NCBI GenBank assembly: GCA_043228905.1
Contig: JBHGNT010000026.1
Span: forward strand, 186,001 to 250,000
DNA: 64,000 bases
From: Azolla caroliniana
Taxonomy: Eukaryota > Plantae > Polypodiophyta
Direction: 5' to 3'
Positions 1 through 14,700 of this stretch are shown piece after piece; within the stretch, counting starts at the first letter, position 1, and the number at the start of each line of letters is the position of its first letter. The notes under the pieces are model-generated. The model made no database searches, was not told where the DNA came from, and saw only the letters and a program-made list of their open reading frames with translations. A program made the position numbers and the translations under genes.

Positions 1-3000
1 AACTCCAGTCGAGATACATGACGAAATTAGCAAATTTGAGGAGTGAGTTGAGAGGAGCCCTTGAGTAAATTAAAATGTTCATACCTAGCGAGTGTGATAT
101 CGGAATTTTGTGTAAAAACATCCGAATCGAAGCTAACAACGCTAGCTATGATATGGAATTAAAAAATCAAGATTTTGAAAATCAGGTCGAGAGGCATGAC
201 GAAATTAGCAAATTTGAGGAGTGAGTTGAGAGGAGCCCTTGAGTAAATTAAAATGTTCATACATAGCGAGTGTGATATCGGATTTTTGTGTACAAACATG
301 CGAATCGAAGCTAACAAGGCTAGCTATGATATGGAATTAAAAAATCAAGATTTTGAAACTAAGGTCCAGAGACATGACGAAATTACCAAATTTGAGGAGG
401 GAGTTGAGAGGGGCCCTTGAGTAAATTAAAATGTTCATACCTAGCGAGTCTGATATCGGAATTTTGTGTTCAAACATGCGAATCGAACCTAACAACGCTA
501 GCTATGATATGGAATTACAAAATCAAGATTTTGAAACTCCAGGCGAGAGACATGACGAAATTACCAAATTTGAGGAGTGAGGTTGGAATAGCGCGTGAGT
601 GAATTAAAATGTTCATACCTGGCTCGTGTGATATCGGATTTTTGTGTTCAAACATGCGAATCGAAGCTAACAACGCTAGCTATGATATGGACTTAAAAAA
701 TCAAGATTTTGAAACTCAGATCGAGAGACATGACGTAATTTCCAAATTTCAGGAGGGAGTTGAGAAGAGCTAGTAGGTAAATTATAATGTTCATACCTGG
801 CTCGTGTGATATCGGATTTTTGTGTTCAAACCTGCGAATCGAAGCTAACAACGCTAGCTATGATATGGAATTACAAAATCAAGATTTTGAAACTCCAGGC
901 GAGAGACATGACGACATTACCAAATTTGAGGAGTGAGGTTGGAAGAGCCCTTGAGTAAATTAAAATGTTCATACATAGCGAGTGTGATATCGGATTTTTG
1001 TGTACAAACATGCGAATCGAAGCTAACAACGCTAGCTATGATATGGAATTAAAAAATCAAGATTTTGAAACTAAGGTCCAGAGACATGACGAAATTACCA
1101 AATTTGAGGAGGGGGTTAAGAGGGGCCCTTGAGTAAATTAAAATGTTCATAGCTAGCGAGTGTGATATCGGAATTTTGTTTTCAAACATGCGAATCAAAC
1201 CTAACAACGTTAGCTATGATCTAGAATTAAAAAAGCAAGATTTTGAAACTCAGGTCGAGAGTCATGACGGAATTAGCAAATTTGAGGAGTGAGTTGAGAG
1301 GAGCCCTTGAGTAAATTAAAATGGTCATACCTAGCGAGTGTGATATCGGATTTTTGTGTACAAACATGCGAATCGAAGCTAACAACGCTAGCTATCATAT
1401 GGAATTGAAAAATCAAGATTTTGAAACTCAGGTCGAGAGACATGACGAAATTAGCAAATTTGAGGAGTGAGTTGAGAGGAGCCCTTGAGTAAATTAAAAT
1501 GTTCATACCTGGCTCGTGTGATATCGGAATTTTGTGTACAAACATGCGAATCGAAGCTAACAACGCTAGCTATGATATGGAATTAAAAAATCAAGATTTT
1601 GAAACTAAGGTCGAGAGACATGACGAAATTACCAAATTTGAGGAGGGGGTTGAGAGGGGCCCTTGAGTAAATTAAAATGTTCATAGCTAGCGAGTGTGAT
1701 ATCGGAATTTTGTTTTCAAACATGCGAATCAAACCTAACAACGTTAGCTATGATCTAGAATTAAAAAAGCAAGATTTTGAAACTCAGGTCGAGAGTCATG
1801 ACGGAATTAGCAAATTTGAGGAGTGAGTTGAGAGGAGCCCTTGAGTAAATTAAAATGTTCATACATAGCGAGTGTGATATCGGATTTTTGTGTACAAACA
1901 TGCGAATCGAAGCTAACAACGCTAGCTATGATATGGAATTAAAAAATCAAGATTTTGAAAATCAGGTCGAGAGGCATGACGAAATTAGCAAATTTGAGGA
2001 GTGAGTTGAGAGGAGCCCTTGAGTAAATTAAAATGTTCATACATAGCGAGTGTGATATCGGATTTTTGTGTACAAACATGCGAATCGAAGCTAACAACGC
2101 TAGCTATGATATGGAATTAAAAAATCAAGATTTTGAAACTAAGGTCCAGAGACATGACGAAATTACCAAATTTGAGGAGGGAGTTGAGAGGGGCCCTTGA
2201 GTAAATTAAAATATTCATACCTAGCGAGTCTGATATCGGAATTTTGTGTTCAAACATGCGAATCAAACCTAACAACGCTAGCTATGATCTAGTATTAAAA
2301 AAGCAAGATTTTGAAACTCAGGTCGAGAGTCATGACGGAATTAGCAAATTTGAGGAGTGAGTTGAGAGGAGCCCTTGAGTCAATTAAAATGGTCATACCT
2401 AGCGAGTGTGATATCGGATTTTTGTGTACAAACATGCGAATCGAAGCTAACAACACTAGCTATGATATGGAATTAAAAAATCAAGATTTTGAAACTCAGG
2501 TCGAGAGACATGACGAAATTTCCAAATTTGAGGAGGGAGTTGAGAAGAGCTAGTAGGTAAATTACAATGTTCATACCTGGTTCTTGTGATATCGGATTTT
2601 TGTGTTCAAACATGCGAATCGAAGCTAACAACACTAGCTATGATATGGAATTACAAAATCAAGATTTTGAAAGTCCAGTCGAGAGACATGATGAAATTAC
2701 CAAATTTGAGGAGTGAGGTTGGAAGAGCGCGTGAGTGAATTAAAATGTTCATAGCTGGCTCGTGTGATATCGGATTTTTGTGTTCAAACATGCGAATCGA
2801 AGCTAACGACGCTAGCTATGATATGGAATTGAAAAATCAAGATTTTGAAACTCAGGTCGAGACACATGACGAAATTACCAAATTTGAGGAGTGAGTTGAG
2901 AGGAGCCCTTGAGTAAATTAAAATGGTCATACCTAGCGAGTGTGATATCGGATTTTTGTGTACAAACATGCGAATCGAAGCTAACAACGCTAGCTATGAT

Positions 3001-6000
3001 ATGGAATTAAAAAATCAAGATTTTGAAACTCAGGTCGAGAGACATGACGAAATTTCCAAATTTGAGGAGGGAGTTGAGAAGAGCTAGTAGGTAAATTACA
3101 ATGTTCATACCTGGTTCGTGTGATATCGGATTTTTGTGTTCAAACATGCGAATCGAAGCTAACAACGCTAGCTATGATATGGAATTACAAAATCAAGATT
3201 TTGAAACTCCAGTCGAGATACATGACGAAATTAGCAAATTTGAGGAGTGAGTTGAGAGGAGCCCTTGAGTAAATTAAAATGTTCATACCTAGCGAGTGTG
3301 ATATCGGAATTTTGTGTAAAAACATCCGAATCGAAGCTAACAACGCTAGCTATGATATGGAATTAAAAAATCAAGATTTAGAAAATCAGGTCGAGAGGCA
3401 TGACGAAATTAGCAAATTTGAGGAGTGAGTTGAGAGGAGCCCTTGAGTAAATTAAAATGTTCATACATAGCGAGTGTGATATCGGATTTTTGTGTACAAA
3501 CATGCGAATCGAAGCTAACAACGCTAGCTATGATATGGAATTAAAAAATCAAGATTTTGAAACTAAGGTCCAGAGACATGACGAAATTACCAAATTTGAG
3601 GAGGGAGTTGAGAGGGGCCCTTGAGTAAATTAAAATATTCATACCTAGCGAGTCTGATATCGGAATTTTGTGTTCAAACATGCGAATCAAACCTAACAAC
3701 GCTAGCTATGATCTAGAATTAAAAAAGCAAGATTTTGAAACTCAGGTCGAGAGTCATGACGGAATTAGCAAATTTGAGGAGTGAGTTGAGAGGAGCCCTT
3801 GAGTCAATTAAAATGGTCATACCTAGCGAGTGTGATATCGGATTTTTGTGTACAAACATGCGAATCGAAGCTAACAACGCTAGCTATGATATGGAATTAA
3901 AAAATCAAGATTTTGAAACTCAGGTCGAGAGACATGACGAAATTTCCAAATTTGAGGAGGGAGTTGAGAAGAGCTAGTAGGTAAATTACAATGTTCATAC
4001 CTGGTTCTTGTGATATCGGATTTTTGTGTTCAAACATGCGAATCGAAGCTAACAACACTAGCTATGATATGGAATTACAAAATCAAGATTTTGAAAGTCC
4101 AGTCGAGAGACATGATGAAATTACCAAATTTGAGGAGTGAGGTTGGAAGAGCGCGTGAGTGAATTAAAATGTTCATAGCTGGCTCGTGTGATATCGGATT
4201 TTTGTGTTCAAACATGCGAATCGAAGCTAACGACGCTAGCTATGATATGGAATTGAAAAATCAAGATTTTGAAACTCAGGTCGAGACACATGACGAAATT
4301 ACCAAATTTGAGGAGTGAGTTGAGAGGAGCCCTTGAGTAAATTAAAATGGTCATACATAGCGAGTGTGATATCGGATTTTTGTGTACAAACATGCGAATC
4401 GAAGCTAACAACGCTAGCTATGATATGGAATTAAAAAATCAAGATTTTGAAACTCAGGTCGAGAGACATGACGAAATTTCCAAATTTGAGGAGGGAGTTG
4501 AGAAGAGCTAGTAGGTAAATTACAATGTTCATACCTGGTTCGTGTGATATCGGATTTTTGTGTTCAAACATGCGAATCGAAGCTAACAACGCTAGCTATG
4601 ATATGGAATTACAAAATCAAGATTTTGAAACTCTAGTCGAGAGACATGACGAAATTACCAAATTTGAGGAGTGAGGTTGGAAGAGCGCGTGAGTGAATTA
4701 AAATGTTCATACCTGGCTCGTGTGATATCGGATATTTGTGTTCAAACATGCGAATCGAAGCTAACAACGCTAGCTATGATATGGAATTAAAAAATCAAGA
4801 TTTTGAAAATAAGGTCGAGAGGCATGACGAAATTAGCAAATTTGAGGAGTGAGTTGAGAGGAGCCCTTGAGTAAATTAAAATGTTCATACCTAGCGAGTG
4901 TGATATCGGAATTTTGTGTAAAAACATCCGAATCGAAGCTAACAACGCTAGCTATGATATGGAATTAAAAAATCAAGATTTTGAAAATCAGGTCGAGAGG
5001 CATGACGAAATTAGCAAATTTGAGGAGTGAGTTGAGAGGAGCCCTTGAGTAAATTAAAATGTTCATACATAGCGAGTGTGATATCGGATTTTTGTGTACA
5101 AACATGCGAATCGAAGCTAACAAGGCTAGCTATGATATGGAATTAAAAAATCAAGATTTTGAAACTAAGGTCCAGAGACATGACGAAATTACCAAATTTG
5201 AGGAGGGAGTTGAGAGGGGCCCTTGAGTAAATTAAAATGTTCATACCTAGCGAGTCTGATATCGGAATTTTGTGTTCAAACATGCGAATCGAACCTAACA
5301 ACGCTAGCTATGATCTAGAATTAAAAAAGCAAGATTTTGAAACTCAGGTCGAGAGTCATGACGGAATTAGCAAATTTGAGGAGTGAGTTGAGAGGAGCCC
5401 TTGAGTAAATTAAAATGGTCATACCTAGCGAGTGTGATATCGGATTTTTGTGTACAAACATGCGAATCGAAGCTAACAACGCTAGCTATGATATGGAATT
5501 AAAAAATCAAGATTTTGAAACTCAGGTCGAGAGACATGACGAAATTACCAAATTTGAGGAGTGAGTTGAGAGGAGCCCTTGAGTAAATTAAAATGGTCAT
5601 ACCTAGCGAGTGTGATATCGGATTTTTGTGTACAAACATGCGAATCGAAGCTAACAACGCTAGCTATGATATGGAATTAAAAAATGAAGATTTTGAAACT
5701 CAGGTCGAGAGACATGACGAAATTTCCAAATTTGAGGAGGGAGTTGAGAAGAGCTAGTAGGTAAATTACAATGTTCATACCTGGTTCGTGTGATATCGGA
5801 TTTTTGTGTTCAAACATGCGAATCGAAGCTAACAACGCTAGCTATGATATGGAATTACAAAATCAAGATTTTGAAACTAAGGTCCAGAGACATGACGAAA
5901 TTACCAAATTTGAGGAGTGAGTTGAGAGGAGCCCTTGAGTAAATTAAAATGTTCATAACCAGGGAGTGTGATATCGGAATTTTGTGTAAAAACATCCGAA

Positions 6001-8722
6001 TCGAAGCTAACAACGCTAGCTATGATATGGAATTAAAAAATCAAGATTTTGAAAATCAGGTCGAGAGGCATGACGAAATTAGCAAATTTGAGGAGTGAGT
6101 TGAGAGGAGCCCTTGAGTAAATTAAAATGTTCATACATAGCGAGTGTGATATCGGATTTTTGTGTACAAACATGCGAATCGAAGCTAACAACGCTAGCTA
6201 TGATATGGAATTAAAAAATCAAGATTTTGAAACTAAGGTCCAGAGACATGACGAAATTACCAAATTTGAGGAGGGAGTTGAGAGGGGCCCTTGAGTAAAT
6301 TAAAATATTCATACCTAGCGAGTCTGATATCGGAATTTTGTGTTCAAACATGCGAATCAAACCTAACAACGCTAGCTATGATCTAGTATTAAAAAAGCAA
6401 GATTTTGAAACTCAGGTCGAGAGTCATGACGGAATTAGCAAATTTGAGGAGTGAGTTGAGAGGAGCCCTTGAGTCAATTAAAATGGTCATACCTAGCGAG
6501 TGTGATATCGGATTTTTGTGTACAAACATGCGAATCGAAGCTAACAACACTAGCTATGATATGGAATTAAAAAATCAAGATTTTGAAACTCAGGTCGAGA
6601 GACATGACGAAATTTCCAAATTTGAGGAGGGAGTTGAGAAGAGCTAGTAGGTAAATTACAATGTTCATACCTGGTTCTTGTGATATCGGATTTTTGTGTT
6701 CAAACATGCGAATCGAAGCTAACAACACTAGCTATGATATGGAATTACAAAATCAAGATTTTGAAAGTCCAGTCGAGAGACATGATGAAATTACCAAATT
6801 TGAGGAGTGAGGTTGGAAGAGCGCGTGAGTGAATTAAAATGTTCATAGCTGGCTCGTGTGATATCGGATTTTTGTGTTCAAACATGCGAATCGAAGCTAA
6901 CGACGCTAGCTATGATATGGAATTGAAAAATCAAGATTTTGAAACTCAGGTCGAGACACATGACGAAATTACCAAATTTGAGGAGTGAGTTGAGAGGAGC
7001 CCTTGAGTAAATTAAAATGGTCATACCTAGCGAGTGTGATATCGGATTTTTGTGTACAAACATGCGAATCGAAGCTAACAACGCTAGCTATGATATGGAA
7101 TTAAAAAATGAAGATTTTGAAACTCAGGTCGAGAGACATGACGAAATTTCCAAATTTGAGGAGGGAGTTGAGAAGAGCTAGTAGGTAAATTACAATGTTC
7201 ATACCTGGTTCGTGTGATATCGGATTTTTGTGTTCAAACATGCGAATCGAAGCTAACAACGCTAGCTATGATATGGAATTACAAAATCAAGATTTTGAAA
7301 CTCCAGTCGAGAGACATGACGAAATTAGCAAATTTGAGGAGTGAGTTGAGAGGAGCCCTTGAGTAAATTAAAATGTTCATACCTAGCGAGTGTGATATCG
7401 GAATTTTGTGTAAAAACATCCGAATCGAAGCTAACAACGCTAGCTATGATATGGAATTAAAAAATCAAGATTTTGAAAATCAGGTCGAGAGGCATGACGA
7501 AATTAGCAAATTTGAGGAGTGAGTTGAGAGGAGCCCTTGAGTAAATTAAAATGTTCATACATAGCGAGTGTGATATCGGATTTTTGTGTACAAACATGCG
7601 AATCGAAGCTAACAACGCTAGCTATGATATGGAATTAAAAAATCAAGATTTTGAAACTAAGGTCCAGAGACATGACGAAATTACCAAATTTGAGGAGGGA
7701 GTTGAGAGGGGCCCTTGAGTAAATTAAAATATTCATACCTAGCGAGTCTGATATCGGAATTTTGTGTTCAAACATGCGAATCAAACCTAACAACGCTAGC
7801 TATGATCTAGAATTAAAAAAGCAAGATTTTGAAACTCAGGTCGAGAGTCATGACGGAATTAGCAAATTTGAGGAGTGAGTTGAGAGGAGCCCTTGAGTCA
7901 ATTAAAATGGTCATACCTAGCGAGTGTGATATCGGATTTTTGTGTACAAACATGCGAATCGAAGCTAACAACGCTAGCTATGATATGGAATTAAAAAATC
8001 AAGATTTTGAAACTCAGGTCGAGAGACATGACGAAATTTCCAAATTTGAGGAGGGAGTTGAGAAGAGCTAGTAGGTAAATTACAATGTTCATACCTGGTT
8101 CTTGTGATATCGGATTTTTGTGTTCAAACATGCGAATCGAAGCTAACAACACTAGCTATGATATGGAATTACAAAATCAAGATTTTGAAAGTCCAGTTGA
8201 GAGACATGATGAAATTACCAAATTTGAGGAGTGAGGTTGGAAGAGCGCGTGAGTGAATTAAAATGTTCATAGCTGGCTCGTGTGATATCGGATTTTTGTG
8301 TTCAAACATGCGAATCGAAGCTAACGACGCTAGCTATGATATGGAATTGAAAAATCAAGATTTTGAAACTCAGGTCGAGACACATGACGAAATTACCAAA
8401 TTTGAGGAGTGAGTTGAGAGGAGCCCTTGAGTAAATTAAAATGGTCATACCTAGCGAGTGTGATATCGGATTTTTGTGTACAAACATGCGAATCGAAGCT
8501 AACAACGCTAGCTATGATATGGAATTAAAAAATGAAGATTTTGAAACTCAGGTCGAGAGACATGACGAAATTTCCAAATTTGAGGAGGGAGTTGAGAAGA
8601 GCTAGTAGGTAAATTACAATGTTCATACCTGGTTCGTGTGATATCGGATTTTTGTGTTCAAACATGCGAATCGAAGCTAACAACGCTAGCTATGATATGG
8701 AATTACAAAATCAAGATTTTGA
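1..8722 (+). repeat. 49-monomer super-HOR unit, copy 1
   Basis: Identical ORFs at 417/9139, 1273/9995 and 2311/11033 are all offset by 8722 = 49x178. The rare monomer cagatcgag...gacgtaatttccaaatttcagg occurs at about 720 and 9440. Confidence 0.85.
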
Positions 8723-11700
8723 AACTCCAGTCGAGAGACATGACGAAATTACCAAATTTGAGGAGTGAGTTGAGAGGAGCCCTTGAGTAAATTAAAATGT
8801 TCATACCTAGCGAGTGTGATATCAAAATTTTGTGTAAAAACATCCGAATCGAAGCTAACAACGCTAGCTATGATATGGAATTAAAAAATCAAGATTTTGG
8901 AAATCAGGTCGAGAGGCATGACGAAATTAGCAAATTTGAGGAGTGAGTTGAGAGGAGCCCTTGAGTAAATTAAAATGTTCATACATAGCGAGTGTGATAT
9001 CGGATTTTTGTGTACAAACATGCGAATCGAAGCTAACAAGGCTAGCTATGATATGGAATTAAAAAATCAAGATTTTGAAACTAAGGTCCAGAGACATGAC
9101 GAAATTACCAAATTTGAGGAGGGAGTTGAGAGGGGCCCTTGAGTAAATTAAAATGTTCATACCTAGCGAGTCTGATATCGGAATTTTGTGTTCAAACATG
9201 CGAATCGAACCTAACAACGCTAGCTATGATATGGAATTACAAAATCAAGATTTTGAAACTCCAGGCGAGAGACATGACGAAATTACCAAATTTGAGGAGT
9301 GAGGTTGGAATAGCGCGTGAGTGAATTAAAATGTTCATACCTGGCTCGTGTGATATCGGATTTTTGTGTTCAAACATGCGAATCGAAGCTAACAACGCTA
9401 GCTATGATATGGACTTAAAAAATCAAGATTTTGAAACTCAGATCGAGAGACATGACGTAATTTCCAAATTTCAGGAGGGAGTTGAGAAGAGCTAGTAGGT
9501 AAATTATAATGTTCATACCTGGCTCGTGTGATATCGGATTTTTGTGTTCAAACCTGCGAATCGAAGCTAACAACGCTAGCTATGATATGGAATTACAAAA
9601 TCAAGATTTTGAAACTCCAGGCGAGAGACATGACGACATTACCAAATTTGAGGAGTGAGGTTGGAAGAGCCCTTGAGTAAATTAAAATGTTCATACATAG
9701 CGAGTGTGATATCGGATTTTTGTGTACAAACATGCGAATCGAAGCTAACAACGCTAGCTATGATATGGAATTAAAAAATCAAGATTTTGAAACTAAGGTC
9801 CAGAGACATGACGAAATTACCAAATTTGAGGAGGGGGTTAAGAGGGGCCCTTGAGTAAATTAAAATGTTCATAGCTAGCGAGTGTGATATCGGAATTTTG
9901 TTTTCAAACATGCGAATCAAACCTAACAACGTTAGCTATGATCTAGAATTAAAAAAGCAAGATTTTGAAACTCAGGTCGAGAGTCATGACGGAATTAGCA
10001 AATTTGAGGAGTGAGTTGAGAGGAGCCCTTGAGTAAATTAAAATGGTCATACCTAGCGAGTGTGATATCGGATTTTTGTGTACAAACATGCGAATCGAAG
10101 CTAACAACGCTAGCTATCATATGGAATTGAAAAATCAAGATTTTGAAACTCAGGTCGAGAGACATGACGAAATTAGCAAATTTGAGGAGTGAGTTGAGAG
10201 GAGCCCTTGAGTAAATTAAAATGTTCATACCTGGCTCGTGTGATATCGGAATTTTGTGTACAAACATGCGAATCGAAGCTAACAACGCTAGCTATGATAT
10301 GGAATTAAAAAATCAAGATTTTGAAACTAAGGTCGAGAGACATGACGAAATTACCAAATTTGAGGAGGGGGTTGAGAGGGGCCCTTGAGTAAATTAAAAT
10401 GTTCATAGCTAGCGAGTGTGATATCGGAATTTTGTTTTCAAACATGCGAATCAAACCTAACAACGTTAGCTATGATCTAGAATTAAAAAAGCAAGATTTT
10501 GAAACTCAGGTCGAGAGTCATGACGGAATTAGCAAATTTGAGGAGTGAGTTGAGAGGAGCCCTTGAGTAAATTAAAATGTTCATACATAGCGAGTGTGAT
10601 ATCGGATTTTTGTGTACAAACATGCGAATCGAAGCTAACAACGCTAGCTATGATATGGAATTAAAAAATCAAGATTTTGAAAATCAGGTCGAGAGGCATG
10701 ACGAAATTAGCAAATTTGAGGAGTGAGTTGAGAGGAGCCCTTGAGTAAATTAAAATGTTCATACATAGCGAGTGTGATATCGGATTTTTGTGTACAAACA
10801 TGCGAATCGAAGCTAACAACGCTAGCTATGATATGGAATTAAAAAATCAAGATTTTGAAACTAAGGTCCAGAGACATGACGAAATTACCAAATTTGAGGA
10901 GGGAGTTGAGAGGGGCCCTTGAGTAAATTAAAATATTCATACCTAGCGAGTCTGATATCGGAATTTTGTGTTCAAACATGCGAATCAAACCTAACAACGC
11001 TAGCTATGATCTAGTATTAAAAAAGCAAGATTTTGAAACTCAGGTCGAGAGTCATGACGGAATTAGCAAATTTGAGGAGTGAGTTGAGAGGAGCCCTTGA
11101 GTCAATTAAAATGGTCATACCTAGCGAGTGTGATATCGGATTTTTGTGTACAAACATGCGAATCGAAGCTAACAACACTAGCTATGATATGGAATTAAAA
11201 AATCAAGATTTTGAAACTCAGGTCGAGAGACATGACGAAATTTCCAAATTTGAGGAGGGAGTTGAGAAGAGCTAGTAGGTAAATTACAATGTTCATACCT
11301 GGTTCTTGTGATATCGGATTTTTGTGTTCAAACATGCGAATCGAAGCTAACAACACTAGCTATGATATGGAATTACAAAATCAAGATTTTGAAAGTCCAG
11401 TCGAGAGACATGATGAAATTACCAAATTTGAGGAGTGAGGTTGGAAGAGCGCGTGAGTGAATTAAAATGTTCATAGCTGGCTCGTGTGATATCGGATTTT
11501 TGTGTTCAAACATGCGAATCGAAGCTAACGACGCTAGCTATGATATGGAATTGAAAAATCAAGATTTTGAAACTCAGGTCGAGACACATGACGAAATTAC
11601 CAAATTTGAGGAGTGAGTTGAGAGGAGCCCTTGAGTAAATTAAAATGGTCATACCTAGCGAGTGTGATATCGGATTTTTGTGTACAAACATGCGAATCGA

Positions 11701-14700
11701 ATCTAACAACGCTAGCTATGATATGGAATTAAAAAATCAAGATTTTGAAACTCAGGTCGAGAGACATGACGAAATTTCCAAATTTGAGGAGGGAGTTGAG
11801 AAGAGCTAGTAGGTAAATTACAATGTTCATACCTGGTTCTTGTGATATCGGATTTTTGTGTTCAAACATGCGAATCGAAGCTAACAACGCTAGCTATGAT
11901 ATGGAATTACAAAATCAAGATTTTGAAACTCCAGTCGAGAGACATGACGAAATTAGCAAATTTGAGGAGTGAGTTGAGAGAAGCCCTTGAGTAAATTAAA
12001 ATGTTCATACCTAGCGAGTGTGATATCGGAATTTTGTGTACAAACATGCGAATCGAAGCTAACAACGCTAGCTATGATATGCAATTGAAAAATCAAGATT
12101 TTGAAACTCAGGTCGAGAGACATGACGGAATTAGCAAATTTGAGGAGTGAGTTGAGAGGAGCCCTTGAGTAAATTAAAATGTTCATACATAGCGAGTGTG
12201 ATATCGGATTTTTGTGTACAAACATGCGAATCGAAGCTAACAACGCTAGCTATGATATGGAATTAAAAAATCAAGATTTTGAAAATCAGGTCGAGAGGCA
12301 TGACGAAATTAGCAAATTTGAGGAGTGAGTTGAGAGGAGCCCTTGAGTAAATTAAAATGTTCATACATAGCGAGTGTGATATCGGATTTTTGTGTACAAA
12401 CATGCGAATCGAAGCTAACAACGCTAGCTATGATATGGAATTAAAAAATCAAGATTTTGAAACTAAGGTCCAGAGACATGACGAAATTACCAAATTTGAG
12501 GAGGGAGTTGAGAGGGGCCCTTGAGTAAATTAAAATATTCATACCTAGCGAGTCTGATATCGGAATTTTGTGTTCAAACATGCGAATCAAACCTAACAAC
12601 GCTAGCTATGATCTAGTATTAAAAAAGCAAGATTTTGAAACTCAGGTCGAGAGTCATGACGGAATTAGCAAATTTGAGGAGTGAGTTGAGAGGAGCCCTT
12701 GAGTCAATTAAAATGGTCATACCTAGCGAGTGTGATATCGGATTTTTGTGTACAAACATGCGAATCGAAGCTAACAACACTAGCTATGATATGGAATTAA
12801 AAAATCAAGATTTTGAAACTCAGGTCGAGAGACATGACGAAATTTCCAAATTTGAGGAGGGAGTTGAGAAGAGCTAGTAGGTAAATTACAATGTTCATAC
12901 CTGGTTCTTGTGATATCGGATTTTTGTGTTCAAACATGCGAATCGAAGCTAACAACACTAGCTATGATATGGAATTACAAAATCAAGATTTTGAAAGTCC
13001 AGTCGAGAGACATGATGAAATTACCAAATTTGAGGAGTGAGGTTGGAAGAGCGCGTGAGTGAATTAAAATGTTCATAGCTGGCTCGTGTGATATCGGATT
13101 TTTGTGTTCAAACATGCGAATCGAAGCTAACGACGCTAGCTATGATATGGAATTGAAAAATCAAGATTTTGAAACTCAGGTCGAGAGACATGACGAAATT
13201 ACCAAATTTGAGGAGTGAGTTGAGAGGAGCCCTTGAGTAAATTAAAATGGTCATACCTAGCGAGTGTGATATCGGATTTTTGTGTACAAACATGCGAATC
13301 GAAGCTAACAACGCTAGCTATGATATGGAATTAAAAAATCAAGATTTTGAAACTCAGGTCGAGAGACATGACGAAATTTCCAAATTTGAGGAGGGAGTTG
13401 AGAAGAGCTAGTAGGTAAATTACAATGTTCATACCTGGTTCGTGTGATATCGGATTTTTGTGTTCAAACATGCGAATCGAAGCTAACAACGCTAGCTATG
13501 ATATGGAATTACAAAATCAAGATTTTGAAACTCCAGTCGAGAGACATGACGAAATTACCAAATTTGAGGAGTGAGGTTGGAAGAGCGCGTGAGTGAATTA
13601 AAATGTTCATACCTGGCTCGTGTGATATCGGATATTTGTGTTCAAACATGCGAATCGAAGCTAACAACGCTAGCTATGATATGGAATTAAAAAATCAAGA
13701 TTTTGAAACTCCAGTCGAGAGACATGACGAAATTAGCAAATTTGAGGAGTGAGTTGAGAGGAGCCCTTGAGTAAATTAAAATGTTCATACCTAGCGAGTG
13801 TGATATCGGAATTTTGTGTAAAAACATCCGAATCGAAGCTAACAACGCTAGCTATGATATGGAATTAAAAAATCAAGATTTTGAAAATCAGGTCGAGAGG
13901 CATGACGAAATTAGCAAATTTGAGGAGTGAGTTGAGAGGAGCCCTTGAGTAAATTAAAATGTTCATACATAGCGAGTGTGATATCGGATTTTTGTGTACA
14001 AACATGCGAATCGAAGCTAACAAGGCTAGCTATGATATGGAATTAAGAAATCAAGATTTTGAAACTAAGGTCCAGAGACATGACGAAATTACCAAATTTG
14101 AGGAGGGAGTTGAGAGGGGCCCTTGAGTAAATTAAAATGTTCATACCTAGCGAGTCTGATATCGGAATTTTGTGTTCAAACATGCGAATCAAACCTAACA
14201 ACGCTAGCTATGATCTAGAATTAAAAAAGCAAGATTTTGAAACTCAGGTCGAGAGTCATGACGGAATTAGCAAATTTGAGGAGTGAGTTGAGAGGAGCCC
14301 TTGAGTAAATTAAAATGGTCATACCTAGCGAGTGTGATATCGGATTTTTGTGTACAAACATGCGAATCGAAGCTAACAACGCTAGCTATGATATGGAATT
14401 AAAAAATCAAGATTTTGAAACTCAGGTCCAGAGACATGACGAAATTACCAAATTTGAGGAGTGAGTTGAGAGGAGCCCTTGAGTAAATTAAAATGGTCAT
14501 ACCTAGCGAGTGTGATATCGGATTTTTGTGTACAAACATGCGAATCGAAGCTAACAACGCTAGCTATGATATGGAATTAAAAAATGAAGATTTTGAAACT
14601 CAGGTCGAGAGACATGACGAAATTTCCAAATTTGAGGAGGGAGTTGAGAAGAGCTAGTAGGTAAATTACAATGTTCATACCTGGTTCGTGTGATATCGGA

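Noticed and set aside
1-178. Origin of the monomer from two 89-bp halves
   Set aside because: The internal similarities (catgacgaa/catgcgaa about 102 bp apart; gtgatatcggatt/atgatatggaatt about 54 bp apart) are short and not spaced at 89 bp.
3111-3131. CENP-B-box-like string GTTCGTGTGATATCGGA in B-type monomers
   Set aside because: TTCG and the A match the nTTCGnnnnAnnCGGGn core, but the CGG is shifted by one base and CGGG is absent. It is not a canonical box, and many B copies carry TTCT instead.
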